This document shows positions 12,894-25,504 of a stretch of DNA of 64,000 bases, piece after piece. Source of the DNA: Squalus acanthias (Eukaryota); the NCBI GenBank assembly GCA_030390025.1, contig CM059433.1, positions 13,766,001-13,830,000 on the forward strand, written 5' to 3'. Each line of letters starts with the position of its first letter. Position 1 is the first letter of the stretch. The notes below the pieces were generated by a model. It worked only from the letters and a program-made list of their open reading frames with translations, was not told the origin of the DNA and made no database searches. A program made the translations under genes and the position numbers.

Positions 12894-13561
12894 CAAAAAT
12901 TAAGTAACCCAGTTTGGAGGATAGTGCGATAACTACAATACCAAAAACTGTTACCTAAATTAAACGGAAATCCCGATTAGTTCTAACTGTTCTTTAAGAC
13001 TGATAATTAAACTACAATAAAAGGAACAAGATTAATACTTGTTAAAAGCAGAAAAATGGCATGTTTCCCCCTTGTCATAGATAGAGGAAGGCACGTTTAC
13101 TGCGTACATTTAAACGTAAATCAATAATTATTCAGAAAATAAAATAGGTTTTCCAACAGATTTCTCTTTACTCTGTAGTACCTCATGGATATATAGCATG
13201 TTACTCCAATTAAGAGAAGCAAGGAGCTAACACTTTCTATGTGGTAGCCTTCAAACTGCACCTATGGCAGACATAGACACTCCCCGCTTCCCTGGGAAGC
13301 CTTGGGAATCCAGAGTCAATGCAAAGTTGTGGGGTGGGGGGGGGGGGAGGGCAGGGAGGAATCCCAGTGTTACAGTTCTCCATCCCCTTTTTCCTCTCCT
13401 TTTTGCCTAAGAAGTGTAACCCAGGCACGATTGAGAAGAAAATCCGCTGACAATTTTTAGTTATGCTGGATTGATGTATCTTCTGATCTGGTGATCCTAC
13501 AACATGGTCGAAAACTGATGAAGTAAAGAAATTGGATACTTTTCACGTGACCCATTGGGTA

Positions 13562-13926
13562 CAGGAAACTCTTTATTAACCGGCACCCAAATATCCGGAA
13601 ATCTCTCTTAACCGGCAAAATTCTGCAGTAGGTAACCGGGGTTTTCCTTCATCTCTCGTTTAAGATTAACTTTAAAAAAAAACCCCGAGGCGTTTGCCTT
13701 GTATCGGAATGTGTAGATTGGGAGGGGAATGTGCAGCCCGGGTAGGCAGCGGACACGACAGATGGTCAGCTGGCGGTCCCCGGGGAGACGGAGCTCCGAA
13801 TGCAGGTGCATGTCAATGTGTACGGGGCTCTCGTACGTTGGTAGATATAACTCTCCGTTATCCGGACTTTTTGATAAACTGGCACCACGCCGGTCCCGTC
13901 GGTGCTGGTTAATAAAGAGTTTCCTG
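13562..13926. mobile_element. Tc1/mariner (pogo/Tigger-like) MITE
   Basis: 26-bp TIR CAGGAAACTCTTTATTAACCGGCACC (1 mismatch); TA on both sides. Confidence 0.9.
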
Positions 13927-14639
13927 TATATGCAAATCAGACTATTCCTTCATTAATATGTCCAATTTTCAAGATAGTGCTATTCCCTTACATTCTGATC
14001 ATGTTTTCTATTTCCATGTAGTTGTCCATCAGCTGTTATAAAAGTGATACTGAATACACAACACCAATCAGGACTGATATTATTGTGTTGAGGATGAAGG
14101 AACATGCATTAATTCATCTCCTAGCAAACACCAATGCTGTACAGCCTGAACAACCTTGAACATTGGCAGAAATAGAACAGTAATTATCACATTAACCTGC
14201 TTTGAACCGACAGTAAGGGCTACTGTTTCTAAGAAGTTTAAACATGACTTTGGTTGCAATATTTCTTTAAAACAAATCCTTAATATTGTAAAATGTGTTG
14301 AGACAAATGCAATAAATTATTAATTGTTTAGATCACTAGAAAAGGCTAAACAGCACAAATTGATTTTTCACCATTTATAATGATAGTGATTCAAGCCCTG
14401 TCGACAGTTACAGAGAACATGCATGAAGCATTCTTGATGTTATTTTGGAGCTCATTTGTTACAGAAATGCATTTCTTATGTATTTACCCTATAACATCCT
14501 AGATATTTCGATTAATTTTCACGCTTCTTGGAATGAATACGATATGCAGGTCATAACAAATTAATTTCCAAGTTGCCAAACAGAGGTAGGTTGTCTTTTT
14601 CCTAATCATCTTTGGGGTTTCCCTTTTTTTTTCCCACCA

Positions 14640-15000
14640 GACTTCTCCCCTCCGTTATTCTCCTAAAGATGTTGACTAATATTTACAGTTCCATGGCCTT
14701 TTCCTGAGTAGTCATTAATTGTGTGTGAGCCTTTCCAGTCTCAACAGGCGATTCACCCAGAGAGGAAAGCATCACAGCTAAGCATGATTCTGTCCTCACC
14801 CAATGTCCACATATATGCACTTCCAATAGGGGTCATTGTACAGTGATCAGAAGTGGGAATTTCGGGGGTAATTTCCCCTTTGTAACCTGGGGCACTGAGG
14901 CCAGTGCAGCACTGCTAATGTTGTCCTGGTTGAGGTCAGCTAACTCGTCACAGCCCAGGAATTAAAACTGGGATCTTGCGGGTCTGTATGGCTCAGCTTC
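14640..15000 (-). mobile_element. Old tRNA-derived SINE
   Basis: Degenerate B-box followed by gagttagctgacctcaacc on the minus strand; a related head occurs at about 53345-53430. Boundaries approximate. Confidence 0.45.
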
Positions 15001-15381
15001 TCATTGGTGATCAAGCCAAAAGGAGAACTAAAGGATTGGCTTTTAAGTTTAAATATAGAAAATCTGAAAATGTGCTCCTCCCACAGCATCACTCACGTCA
15101 TTTTTAAATACTGTATCAAAATGATGTCTCAGTTACCCTTTGAACAAAGGGGAATTTTCTATTGCTTTCATTACTTTAAAGTTCAGAAATCATCAATCTT
15201 CTTTATTTAGTTAACTGCATGGTTTATTTGAGGTGAAAGCATTGGTTTGTCTCTGTAAATTTTGTAAATTATATAATCATGTAAAATGCTATCTTGTTTG
15301 ACATTGTATCTGTGACATTTATTTTCTTTTGTTAATTGTGTATATGCATGAAATATAGTAAAGTGTGTCTGGAAAACTATA

Positions 15382-16447
15382 CTCCCACACCGTTACCTCT
15401 GGTGTCCCCCAAGGATCTATCCTTGGCCCCCTCCTATTTCTCATCTACATGTTGCCCCTTGGCGACATCATCCGAAAATACAGCGTCAGTTTCCACATGT
15501 ACGCTAACGACACCCAGCTCTACCTCACTACTTCTCTCGACTCCTCCACGGTCTCTAAATTGTCAGACTGCTTGTCTGACCTACAGTTCTAGATGAGCAG
15601 AGATTTTCTCCAATTAAATATTGGGAAGACCGAAGCCATTGTTTTCGGTCCCCGCCACAAACTCCGTTCCCTAGCCACTGATTCCATCCCTCTCCCTAAC
15701 ATTGTCTGAGGCTGAACCACACTGTTCACAACCTTGGTGTCATATTTGACCCTGAAATGAGCTTCCGACCATATATCCGCAGCATAACAAAGACCGCCTA
15801 TTTCCACCTCCGTAACATCACCCGTCTCTGCCCTTGTCTCAGCTCATCCGCTGCTGAAACCCTCATCCATGCCTTTGTTACCTCTAGACTTGACTATTCC
15901 AATGCACTCCTGGCTGGTCTCCCACATTCTACCCTACGTAAACTTGAGGTCATCCAAAAATCGTCTGCCTGTGTCCTAACTCGCACCAAGTCCGGTTTAC
16001 CCCTGTGCTCGCTGACGAACACTGGCTCCCAGTTAAGCAGTGCCTCGATTTCAAAAATCTCATCCTTGTTTTCAAATCCCTCCATGGCCTTGCCCCTCCC
16101 TATCTCTGTAATCTCCTTCAGCCCCACAACCTCCCGAGATATCTGCGCTCCTCTAATTCTGCCCTCTTGAGCATCCCTGATTATAATCGCTCAACCATTG
16201 GTGGCCATGCCTTCTGTTGCCAAGGCCCTAAGCTCTGGAATTCCCTGCCTAAATCTCTCCGCCTTGCTACCTCTCTTTCCTCCTTTAAGACACTCCTAAA
16301 ACCTACCTCTTTGACCAAGTTTTTGGCCATCTGCCCTAATTTCTCCTTATGTGGCTCGGTGTCAAATTTTTTGTCTTATAATACTCCTGTGCAGCGCCTT
16401 GGGATATTTTACCAGTTAAAGGCACTATATAAATACAAGTTGTTGTT
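15382..16447 (+). mobile_element. 5'-truncated L2 LINE
   Basis: [18 protein letters not shown]...[11 protein letters not shown] motifs, with stops and frameshifts; (ttg)n tail. Confidence 0.92.
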
Positions 16448-19016
16448 CAAAAGAATTACAGGGGTGCAGGCTCCGACACCCCAGAGAATGGATCCTGGTG
16501 GTTGAAACAAGTCAACTATTCTTCCAAATTCTAGTAACTCATCACACATAAGGTTTTGTTATGACTTCCTGCTTGAGGGATATAATACATTATGATGTGA
16601 TATAATGTACTAAGGCAGAAGGTTTTACAAAAAGATTAAATTTACTGAAGGGGTTAAAAGTTAGATTAGCGGCTTAACTGACTAGCTGGCTGATGTAATA
16701 AAGGAGAAGTCTGGCAGAACAAAGACAGTTGCTGACAGTTGGAAAAAGCATATTATACGATGATTGGGGGAGTGAAAGAAGGCGAGGAGGCCATGCATTG
16801 AACAATGGGCCGCCAGTCAAGGACGTGCGGTCAATACTTGGAATGGAAGGAGAATAAATGAGATAAACAAGATGTGATTTGCGAAGATGTGACTAAGGGT
16901 ACATGACTTGGATAAGAGCTAAAGAGTAGAACAATGGCAGATGTGGAAACAGGGCAAATAAGATAAACAAGATGTGATTTGTGGAGATGTAACTAAGGGT
17001 ACGTGACTTGGATAAGTCACTGCCCCAAGTCCCGAAGGTGTGAAAGAAACAGGATGTAAGATTGTATATAAGCCAACGGTAGCATAGTGGTAATGTCACT
17101 GGACTAGTAATCCAGAGACGTCAGTTCAAATCCCACCATGGCAGCTGGGGAATTTCAATTCAGTTAATTAAATAAATCTGGAATAAAAAGCTAGTATCTA
17201 ATGGTGATCATGAAACTATCGGATTGTCGTAAAAACTCATCTGGTTCATTAATGCCCTTCAGGGAAGGAAATCTGCCGTCCTTACCTGGTCTGGCCTATA
17301 TGTGACTCCAGACCCACAGCAATGTGTTTGACTCTTAACTGCCCTCTGAAATGGCCTAGCTAGTCACTCAGTTGTAACTAACCGCTACGAAACAAAATAA
17401 TAAGAATGAAACCGGATGGAACACCTGGCTTCGACCTTGACATCAGCTACGGACATGGCAATGACACACCCAACAGAGTCAACCCTGCAAAGTTCTCCTC
17501 ACCAACATCTGTGCCAAAATTTGGAGAGCTGTCCCACAGACTAGTCAAGCAACAGCCTGACATAGTCATACTCACAGAATTATACCTTTCAGCCAATGTC
17601 CCGAACTCCTCCATCACCATCCCAGGGGTGGTGGCACAGTGGTATACAGTCAGGAAGGAGTGGCCCTGGGAGTCCTCAACACTGACTCTGGACCCCATGA
17701 AGTCTCATGGCTTCAGGTCAAGCATGGGCAAGGAAACCTCCTGCTGATTACCACCTACTGCCCTCCCTCAGCTAATGAATCAGTACTCCTCCATGTTGAA
17801 CACCTGTCTGGGCCTGCGACAGGTGGTGAGAGAACCAACACAAGGGAAAAACCTACTTGACCTCGTCCTCACCAATCTACCTGTCGCAGATGCATTTGTC
17901 CATGACAGGTATTGGTAGCAGTGACCACCCCACAGTCATTGTGGAGACAAAGTCCCGTCTTCACACTGAGAACACCCTCCATCGAGTTGTGTGGCACTAC
18001 CACTGTGCTAAATGGGATAGATTCAGAACAGATCTAGCAACTCAAAACTAGACATCCATGAGGCGCTGTGGGGCAGCAGCAGAATTGTATTCCACCACAA
18101 TCTGTAATCTCATGGCCCGCCATATTCCACACTCTACCATCACCACCAACCCTGGTTCAACAACGAGTGTAGAAGAGCATGCCAGGAGCAGCACCAGGCA
18201 TACCTAAAAATGTGGTGCCAACCTGGGGAAGCTGCAACACAGGACTACATGCATGCTAAACAGCGGAAGCAGCATGCTATAGACAGGGCTAAGCGATCCC
18301 ACAATCAACAGATCAGATCAAAGCTCTGCAGTCCTGCCACATCCAGTCGTGAATGGTGGTGGACAATTAAACAACTAACGGGAGGAGGAGGCTCCATGAA
18401 TATCCCCATCCTCAATGATGGTGGAGCCCAGCATGTGAGTGCAAAAGACAAGCCTGAAGCATTTGCAACCACTTTCAGCCAGAAGTGCCGAGTGAATGAT
18501 CCATATTGGCCTCCTCCCGACATCCCCACCATCATAGAAGCCAATCTTCAGCCAATTCAATTCACTCCACGTGATATCAAGAAACGGCTGAGCGCACTGG
18601 ATACAGCAAAGGCTATGGGCCCCGACAACATCCCGACTATTGTGCTGAAGACTTGTGCTCCAGAACTAGCCACGCCTCTAGCCAAGCTGTTCCAGTACAG
18701 CTACAACAATGGCGTCTACCCGACAAAGTGGAAAACTGCCCAGGTATGTCCTGTCCACAAAAAGCAAGACAAATCCAACCTGGCCAATTACCGCCCCATC
18801 AGTCTACTCTCAATCATTAGCAAAGTGATGGGAGGTGTTGTCGACAGTGCTATCAAGCGGCACCTGCTCACTGATGCCCAGTTTGGGTTCTGCCAAGACC
18901 ACTCGGCTCCTGACCTCATTACAGCCTTGGTCCAAACATGGACAAAAGAGCTGAATTCCAGAGGTGAGGTGAAAGTGACTGCTCTTGACATCAAAGCAGC
19001 ATTTGACCGAGTCTGG

Positions 19017-19313
19017 TGACATGGATCTTTTGAGAGGTCACACAACACCAGGTTATAGTCCAACAGTTTTATTTGAAATCACAAGCTTTTGGATCTTGTC
19101 ATTCATGTGGAAATGACTTATGAAATAATACTGGGCGGCCTGCTGGTGGCGCTGTCCAGGGAGAGTATAAATACTCGGGCATGGGCTCAGCTTGCTCAGG
19201 ACATTCTTTAACAGGAACTAGTGAAGGACACAACTAGATCTCCATGTTGTAAAACAGTTGATTAAAGCTTTGTTTAACGCTTAGACCAAGTGCCTAGTAG
19301 TTTTCTTACATCA
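19017..19313 (+). mobile_element. Solo LTR B
   Basis: TGA...TCA ends; 5-bp TSD TCTGG (19012-16, 19314-18); TATAAA near 19166 and ATTAAA at 19261; the LINE frame resumes after it. Confidence 0.85.
19030..19089 (-). mobile_element. Penelope-like terminal fragment nested in LTR B
   Basis: Reverse complement of about 11821-11880; flanked by TGGATCTT direct repeats (19022-29, 19090-97). Confidence 0.75.
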
Positions 19314-19424
19314 TCTGGCATGAAGGAGCCCCAGTAAAACTGAAGTCAATGGGAATCAGGGGGAAAACACTCCATTGGCTGGAGTCATACCTAGTACAAA
19401 GGAAGATGGGTGTGGTGGTTGAAG

Positions 19425-21097
19425 TGTAAAGTTTCGCAATTATCGTGATTCAAAATAACGAGAGAGAAGCAGATTCGTTTGATCAGTTTATTTAAACAAA
19501 ATGCCGTCATGATTAAAAAGGACACAGAAGCCTGTAAAATGGCCACCGCGCATCGTGACAGAAGCTTCCAGAATTTCAGTGGGCAGACAAGATGGCGTTC
19601 GAATAAACATTTCAATATAAGATGGGATCATACTCGATAAACACTGATAAAGACAGGATGCAACCTGTTTGCATTCGAAACAATAGCAAAAGATATGAGT
19701 GCTGGAATCGTTTTCCATGCACAAGTAAGGTTCATTGTACTGGGCAGTCGAAGGCCCATCCAGACAAATCAATACACAAATACCCCCACGGCTCTACAAT
19801 GAGAGAGCCATTCTTGGGTGATTAAACAAGTATTCGGGGGCCCCCAAAACCAGTCAGGGAGACGATTCATACGATCCTGGCTGGGTCAACAATGGGGAAA
19901 ACATTAACGGGTAGTTGGCCAGTTTCAGGTGCTACCGAAACCCGTTAAAGACAAGAATCGCCCCATGCTGGGAGTTTTGAGCGCCAATATTTCACAAAGG
20001 ACAAACATTAAGATTTGGGCGGGAGATAAGGGAACACAGCACTATAACTATAGTGAACAAATGTCCATCGCTCTCTTATTTCTCCCGGTGCTCTTATTCG
20101 CTTGAATCGACTCTTATCTCTCGGCGGACCCTTGCTGAAGCTCTTCTTGAGGGCTGGACATTGTTGACTCTTGACTTTTAGCCGTACTGGTCGGTTATTC
20201 GAATGTTGGGTGGAGCTCAAACGGAACGAGCCGCCTCGACAAAGGCAAGGCGAGAGTCGGTAAACGGTGTCTGGACCCGAAGGCCCGAAGAGACAAAACG
20301 AAATGAGACGAGAAGAAGAAGAATCCACGTGCCGCCGCGGTCAGTAAACCCCGACTGCGCCCGAAAATATAAGACCCATTTCTTGAACTCTACAGGTTAT
20401 TCCACGAACCGGTCAAAGACTCTTCTTTGAATTCTACCGACAACTGGTGTCGGTACAGGAAGACTCTTCTTCGAACTGTGTCCGAGTTCTGTTGAGTTCT
20501 TCATGACAATGGGGAGCCTGGCCTGCTTGCCGCAGCAGCGAAGATAAACAAGTGGGGTACAGAGACCCCTCCAAACACGTGACAGTCAGGCGCTGCAGCG
20601 AAACGAGCCGAGTGCCTCACTTTAAAATTCTCCGAAGTATCACGAGTGGTGAGCATGTTTCCCGATCCTACAAATCTAGATGCAGTGTAGGTATTGATAG
20701 GGGAGGGTGGTTTTATTAAGGATAAAGTATAATGTGTTCCCCTTTTTACGATGTGCCGTGCGTTCTTCATTACCATAGACCAAGCTTTATGAATGTATGT
20801 ATACTTGTACTATCGTTAATTTGTGCCTATGACATGTACTTCATGATTTTAGACGCTATGCAATAAAGATTTCCATTTCGTACTATTCAACTGGGTCTAT
20901 TTGAGTTTTTCTCTGCATTACTGCTCTCGCACCTAAGTCCAGTGTTAGAACCGTAAGGGCGAGGGGGTCGAACCACTCACAGGTGCTTATTGCAACAAGG
21001 CTGGCCGGAGACCAGCGCAAGCAATAGTATTAGGCAACGAAGGCCTAACCACGCACCAGCACCGTCTGCGATCCAAGCACGCCGCGAACCCCTTACA
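19425..21097 (+). mobile_element. Solo LTR C (1673 bp)
   Basis: TGTAA...TTACA ends; 4-bp TSD GAAG; CCAAT (about 19984), GGGCGG (20017), TATAA (about 20043), AATAAA (20862); removing it rejoins RT ...VVVE-GQSSQP. Confidence 0.88.
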
Positions 21098-22464
21098 GAA
21101 GGTCAATCATCACAGCCCCAGGACATCGCTGCAAGAGTTCCTCAGGGCAGTGTCCTAGGCCCAACCATCTTCAGCTGTTTCATCAAGGACCTTCCCTCCA
21201 ACATAAGGTCAGAAATGGGGATGTTCGCTGATGACTGCACAGTGTTTAGCGCCATTCACAACTCCACAGATAATGAAGCAGTCCATGCTCACCTGCAACA
21301 AGATCTGGACGACGTTCAGGCTTGGGCTGATAAGTGGCAGGTAACATTCGCGCCACAGAAGTGCCAGGCAATGACTATCTCCAACAAGCGAGAGTCTAAC
21401 CATCTCCCTTTGACATTCAATGGCATTACCATCGCCGAATCCCCCTCTATCAACATCCTGGGGGTCACCATTAACCAGAAACTTAACTGGACCAGCCACA
21501 TAAATACTGTGGGAACAAGAGCAGGTCAGAGGCTAGGTATTCTGCGGCAAGTGTCTCACATCCTGACTCCCCAAAGCCTTTCCACCATCTACAAGGCACA
21601 AGTAAGGAGTGTGATGGAATACTCTCCACTTGCCTGGATGAGTGCAGCTCCAACAACACTCAAGAAGCTCGACACCATCCAGGAAAAAGCAGCCCGCTTG
21701 ATTGGCACCCCATCCACCACCTTAAACATTCACTCCCTCCACCACTGGCGTACCGTGTCTGCAGTGTGTACCATCTACAAGATGCACTGCAGCAACTCGC
21801 CAAGGCTTCTTCGGCAACACCTGCCAAACCCGCGACCTCTTCCACCTAGAAGGACAAGGGCAGCAAGCGCATGGGAACACCACCACCTCCAAGTTCCCCT
21901 CCAAGTCACACACCATCCTGACTTAGAAGTATATCGCCGATCCTTCATCGTCGCTGGGTCAAAATCTTGGAACTCCCTACGTAACAGCACTGTGGGAGTA
22001 CCATCACCACACGGACTGCAGCGGTTCAAGAAGGCAGCTCACCACCACCTTCTCAAGGGCAACTAGGGATGGGCAATAAAAGCTGGCATTGCCAGCGACA
22101 CCCTGATCCCATAAACAAATAAAAAAAAAACTGCTCGAATGTAAAAATTAGACTCTCATCTCAGCTGAGGCTGAGAGAGCCTCTCCCTGCACATGCTTGA
22201 ATAAAGATCGCTTGAAACCAGTACACGTTCATGTCCGTCTGCTTTGGGGCAGAGAAAAAAAACCCCAACAGTTACCAAATTCACAAAGCCAGAAACCAGA
22301 AATTTGTTTTTCAAGTATAGACTAATAATCAATTTGCAAATGCTTTGATGAAAAATAATCAATTGGTTACAAACTGTCTCAATGCTTGCACATATGTACT
22401 CTCCATTTTTAATATTTTATGATTTTCTCGGCCTTCAGATAAATGCTTAATTATGAGTAAATAT

Positions 22465-23061
22465 GGGCCAGATCTTGCTGGAGTGGGGCATCGCATGGCG
22501 TGCCCCGTTAGTTAGAGGTTTTCCTGTACCATTCAGCTCAAATATTTTTTGCACCATAACTTGCTGGAGGTGTGAGCTGATAATGGTGCGTCGAGGGTAA
22601 CGGGGCATCTGGGACCTTCGGGGAAATTTTCCAGGGGGTCAGCGGGCGCAATCGGTGGCAGGTCGCGTGGGAAAATGCATTTTTTTGACAGCGGGTCAGG
22701 ACCCCCTTGGGGCGCTAACGGGAGGCGCAAAGCAACCCAATTTTCCCCTCTTATTGTTTCCATTCTGGGCCAGAGAGGTTGATTGGCATTGTGTTAACAA
22801 TGATAACGCTTAACCTTCTGTGGCGAGTTTAGTGGGAAATTAATGTGCAAATCCAACAAGTTCTTAAGAATATCGGGGAGGTTAAGGGCGAGATGCCGTT
22901 TGTGCGAAGCAAATTGTGGAGTGGCGTAAATCGACCAGCAAGTTCTAGGGATTCACAACTCATGGTATATTTCTTAATCCCCTAAATTTGCTGGCCGGTT
23001 TGCACATTCATAACGGCATGCGTCTTTAACAAGCTTTTATTCCTCCATCAAGATCCGGCCC
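22465..23061. mobile_element. Harbinger-like MITE with a nested GGGGGA-family fragment (about 22620-22749)
   Basis: GGGCCAGATCTTG / CAAGATCCGGCCC termini; TSD not clean. Confidence 0.65.
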
Positions 23062-23576
23062 ATTATTTTCTTCAGTCTGTAAACCTCTAGTCTGTATGCT
23101 AATATCTGTCATTTTCAAGAATGTTTGGCAGCATAGCGCACGACTATGTTAAATCCAGGAACAAGATTACTGCAAAAGGAATAATTGTTAATCCCTCAGG
23201 TGTGTATCTTTATGAGGACAGAATATAGAAAAGCACAGTTTTTGGAGACAAAGATTGCCTACAGACCTGCTATTAAAACTTTGAGAGAGAAGACAGTTCA
23301 ATAAAAACCTGAAACTCTAACAAGAAACGAATATGGTTCTGGCCAAATTTGCTTTGAAACTTTATCACTGCATGGAACTGACTCCTATCTGATGAAACAT
23401 TCTTGCTATGATTGTGATAAAATAGTAAGTAAAGATGTTAGATAAACTTTATTTTGACGCAAAATATAAAATCAAAGGTGAAAAGAAGGACGATTCATTT
23501 GATGCTCTTCGACTAATAAAAGTTACAGGTTGGAATTTTTATATTTCCTGCATATTGTGGCCGTCATATTGGATTT

Positions 23577-23680
23577 AGTATTCACAGTTCAGATAACTTC
23601 TAAACAGAACATTTCTCGGTTCCGAGGGACTGCCTAAGAAGAGTATTCACAGTTCAGATAACTTCTAAACAGAACATTTC
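23577..23680 (+). mobile_element. 26-nt insertion (probable RTE LINE tail) between perfect 39-bp direct repeats
   Basis: 23577-23615 is identical to 23642-23680; the insert TCGGTTCCGAGGGACTGCCTAAGAAG resembles RTE 3' termini as I recall them. Confidence 0.65.
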
Positions 23681-23735
23681 CCCTGCAATGAAGGTATTCC
23701 AATTAAAGCGATTGTACGCCATATTATGGAGGTAC

Positions 23736-23846
23736 CTTCATGTCAATCTGTCTGGTATCTGGGTTCTGAAAAAGCAGTTTCACACATGTTTTTCCATCAT
23801 CAGAGGATCCTTTGAGCTGTGAGAACTTGAATCTCCAGATAGCATT
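23736..23846 (-). CDS. SNTG2: Gamma-2 syntrophin, penultimate coding exon
   Basis: tttacAG|NAIWRFKFSQLKGSSDDGKTCVKLLFQNPDTRQIDMK|GTacct; 111 nt, phase 0/0; syntrophin SSDDG motif. Confidence 0.95.
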
Positions 23847-24318
23847 CTGTAAAGTAACAAAGAGTGTCATAATTTATCTACTGACAAGTGGAATGAGCAA
23901 TATGATATATACACAGCACTGATTTTGTGTGATCCCTAAACTGTGTGTAGGATGAGCACATCAAAAACATATTATACATTCAATACAAAACGGCATTGTA
24001 TATTACATACAGTCAAAAAAATCTTCCAAAAATTCTCACAAATATATCTGCTTTACATTTTTTGCTAATGATCATATCTGATCAGTTTGATAAACATCAA
24101 TATTTAAGTTCTTTGAAATATTCCTGCAATAAAATCTACAATATTTTCAATTTGTAGTCACTATTATAAGGTTGAAAATGAGTTCAAGTCAGTTTTTTGG
24201 ACTCTATAGGGTAAGCTGTTGGGTTGGAGCCTTGCTCAATGGGAGTGTGGGCTGTAGATCATTCTATAACAGAATGAAGTTGATTCTGTGACCCACTTGC
24301 CCCCGAGCAGAGCTTCAC

Positions 24319-24833
24319 ACTTGCCATAGAGGGAGTGCAACGAAGGTTCACGAGATTGATTCCTGGGATGGTGGGACTGCCGTATGAGAAGAGATTGAGT
24401 AAACTAGGCCTGTATTCTCTTGAATTCAGAAGAATGAGAGGGGATCTCATTGAAGCATACAAAATTATTACAGGGCTTGATAGGGTGGATGCTGGGAGAA
24501 TGTTTCCCTTGGCCGGGGAGTCTAGAACCAGGGGCCACAGCCTCAGGATAAAGGGTAGGCCATTCAGGACTGAGATGAGAAGAAATTTCTTCACACAGAG
24601 GGTGGTGAATCTTTGGAATTGTCTACCCCAGAGGGCTGTGGAGGCTCAGTCATTGGGTATATTCAAAACAGAAGTCGATAGATTTCTGACTAGTAAGGGC
24701 ATCAAGGGATATGGCGATAGGGCCGGTGAATGGAGTTGAGGCAGAAGATCAGCCATGATCTCATTGAATGGCGGAGCAGGCTCAAAGGGCCGAATGGCCT
24801 AATCCTGCTCCTATTTCTTATGTTCTTATGTTC
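24319..24833 (+). mobile_element. HER1/CR1 LINE 3' fragment in the short SNTG2 intron
   Basis: QRRFTRLIPGM...LGLYSLEFRRMRGDLIE...FFTQRVVNLWN; (ttcttatg)n tail. Confidence 0.93.
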
Positions 24834-24927
24834 ACACCAGAAGCTTTACCTCACAACAATTTACTCCTTTAATTCTTTTGCTTTAATTTCCAACAATACT
24901 CTCATATTGCACTTGCTATTTCCTCAC

Positions 24928-25020
24928 CTTTGTGTTATTATCAACACAGGTAAATCCAGCAGCGAAGTCTATTGTGAAGGAAAGTGCCTGGCCTTGCCAA
25001 GTACACCCATATGTCTTAGA
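24928..25020 (-). CDS. SNTG2: Gamma-2 syntrophin, antepenultimate coding exon
   Basis: ccttttactAG|SKTYGCTWQGQALSFTIDFAAGFTCVDNNTK|GTgagg; 93 nt, phase 0/0; splices in frame to the two exons above. Confidence 0.93.
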
Positions 25021-25504
25021 CTAGTAAAAGGAAAGACAGATTTGTTATTACATGAAAATCTATTTCAAGGCATCTTAAAAATAAACAAATACTTGTATAT
25101 TGCTCTGCCATCAAGCCACAAAATAGATATATATCATCACCATGAAATCATCTCTGCGATTGCCAGGAAAGAAATCACCCAATCGTTCAGCTCCCGTTCC
25201 CCAGCTATTGGATATTTCCCACTAAACTGCCTGCTGCGGGTGAAGAATTGTGTTTGAAAACATTTCTGAAGCAATTACCTTTATTATTGTGGTTCCAGGC
25301 ACTCACTCACAAACTGCTGTGATGACAGGGGAACTTGTAGCAGGATACAGGACCGTACCAATTATGCAAGGGAGAATATACCGTACCTCTGCTCAACGGT
25401 AGTGTTGACATTATTTAAAATAAAAGATAGGCCAATTTAATGAAGTGTCTGAAATGGACCTATTTGGGTAATTGGAGAATGAATTCAAACTAGCCAATTC
25501 TTGT

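Larger units (their letters stand above)
17077..22130 (+). mobile_element. Near full-length CR1-clade (Zenon-like) LINE with a tRNA-derived 5' head, disrupted
   Basis: A/B-box head; APE endonuclease (PDIVILTE, LITTYCPPS, SSDH); RT (KAMGPDNIP, NYRPISLLS, LDIKAAFDRVW, VPQGSVLGP, FADDC); 3' UTR and poly(A). No ORF1 seen. Interrupted by two solo LTRs. Confidence 0.9.
16557..22270 (+). mobile_element. Solo LTR A, split by the LINE (parts 16557-17075 and 22131-22270)
   Basis: TGTT...AACA ends; flanks GTTT/GTTA; 100-bp-period duplication in the U3-like part (16856-17016); TATATAA just before the LINE and AATAAA at 22200 after it. Confidence 0.6.

Noticed and set aside
17077..17145. tRNA genes here and at 31055 and 63010-63078
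   Set aside because: A/B boxes are present, but there is no complete cloverleaf and each continues into a SINE or LINE body.
20990..22066. 358-aa ORF as a novel fusion gene
   Set aside because: The N-terminus is the end of solo LTR C read into the RT C-terminal half from a TTG start, downstream of the LTR poly(A) signal; a by-product of the insertion.
23577..23680. CRISPR-like repeat-spacer-repeat
   Set aside because: Only two repeats, vertebrate intron context and no cas genes; explained as a target-site duplication.
24730..25257. 175-aa plus-strand ORF
   Set aside because: CR1 tail plus the antisense of a true SNTG2 exon; no coherent protein.
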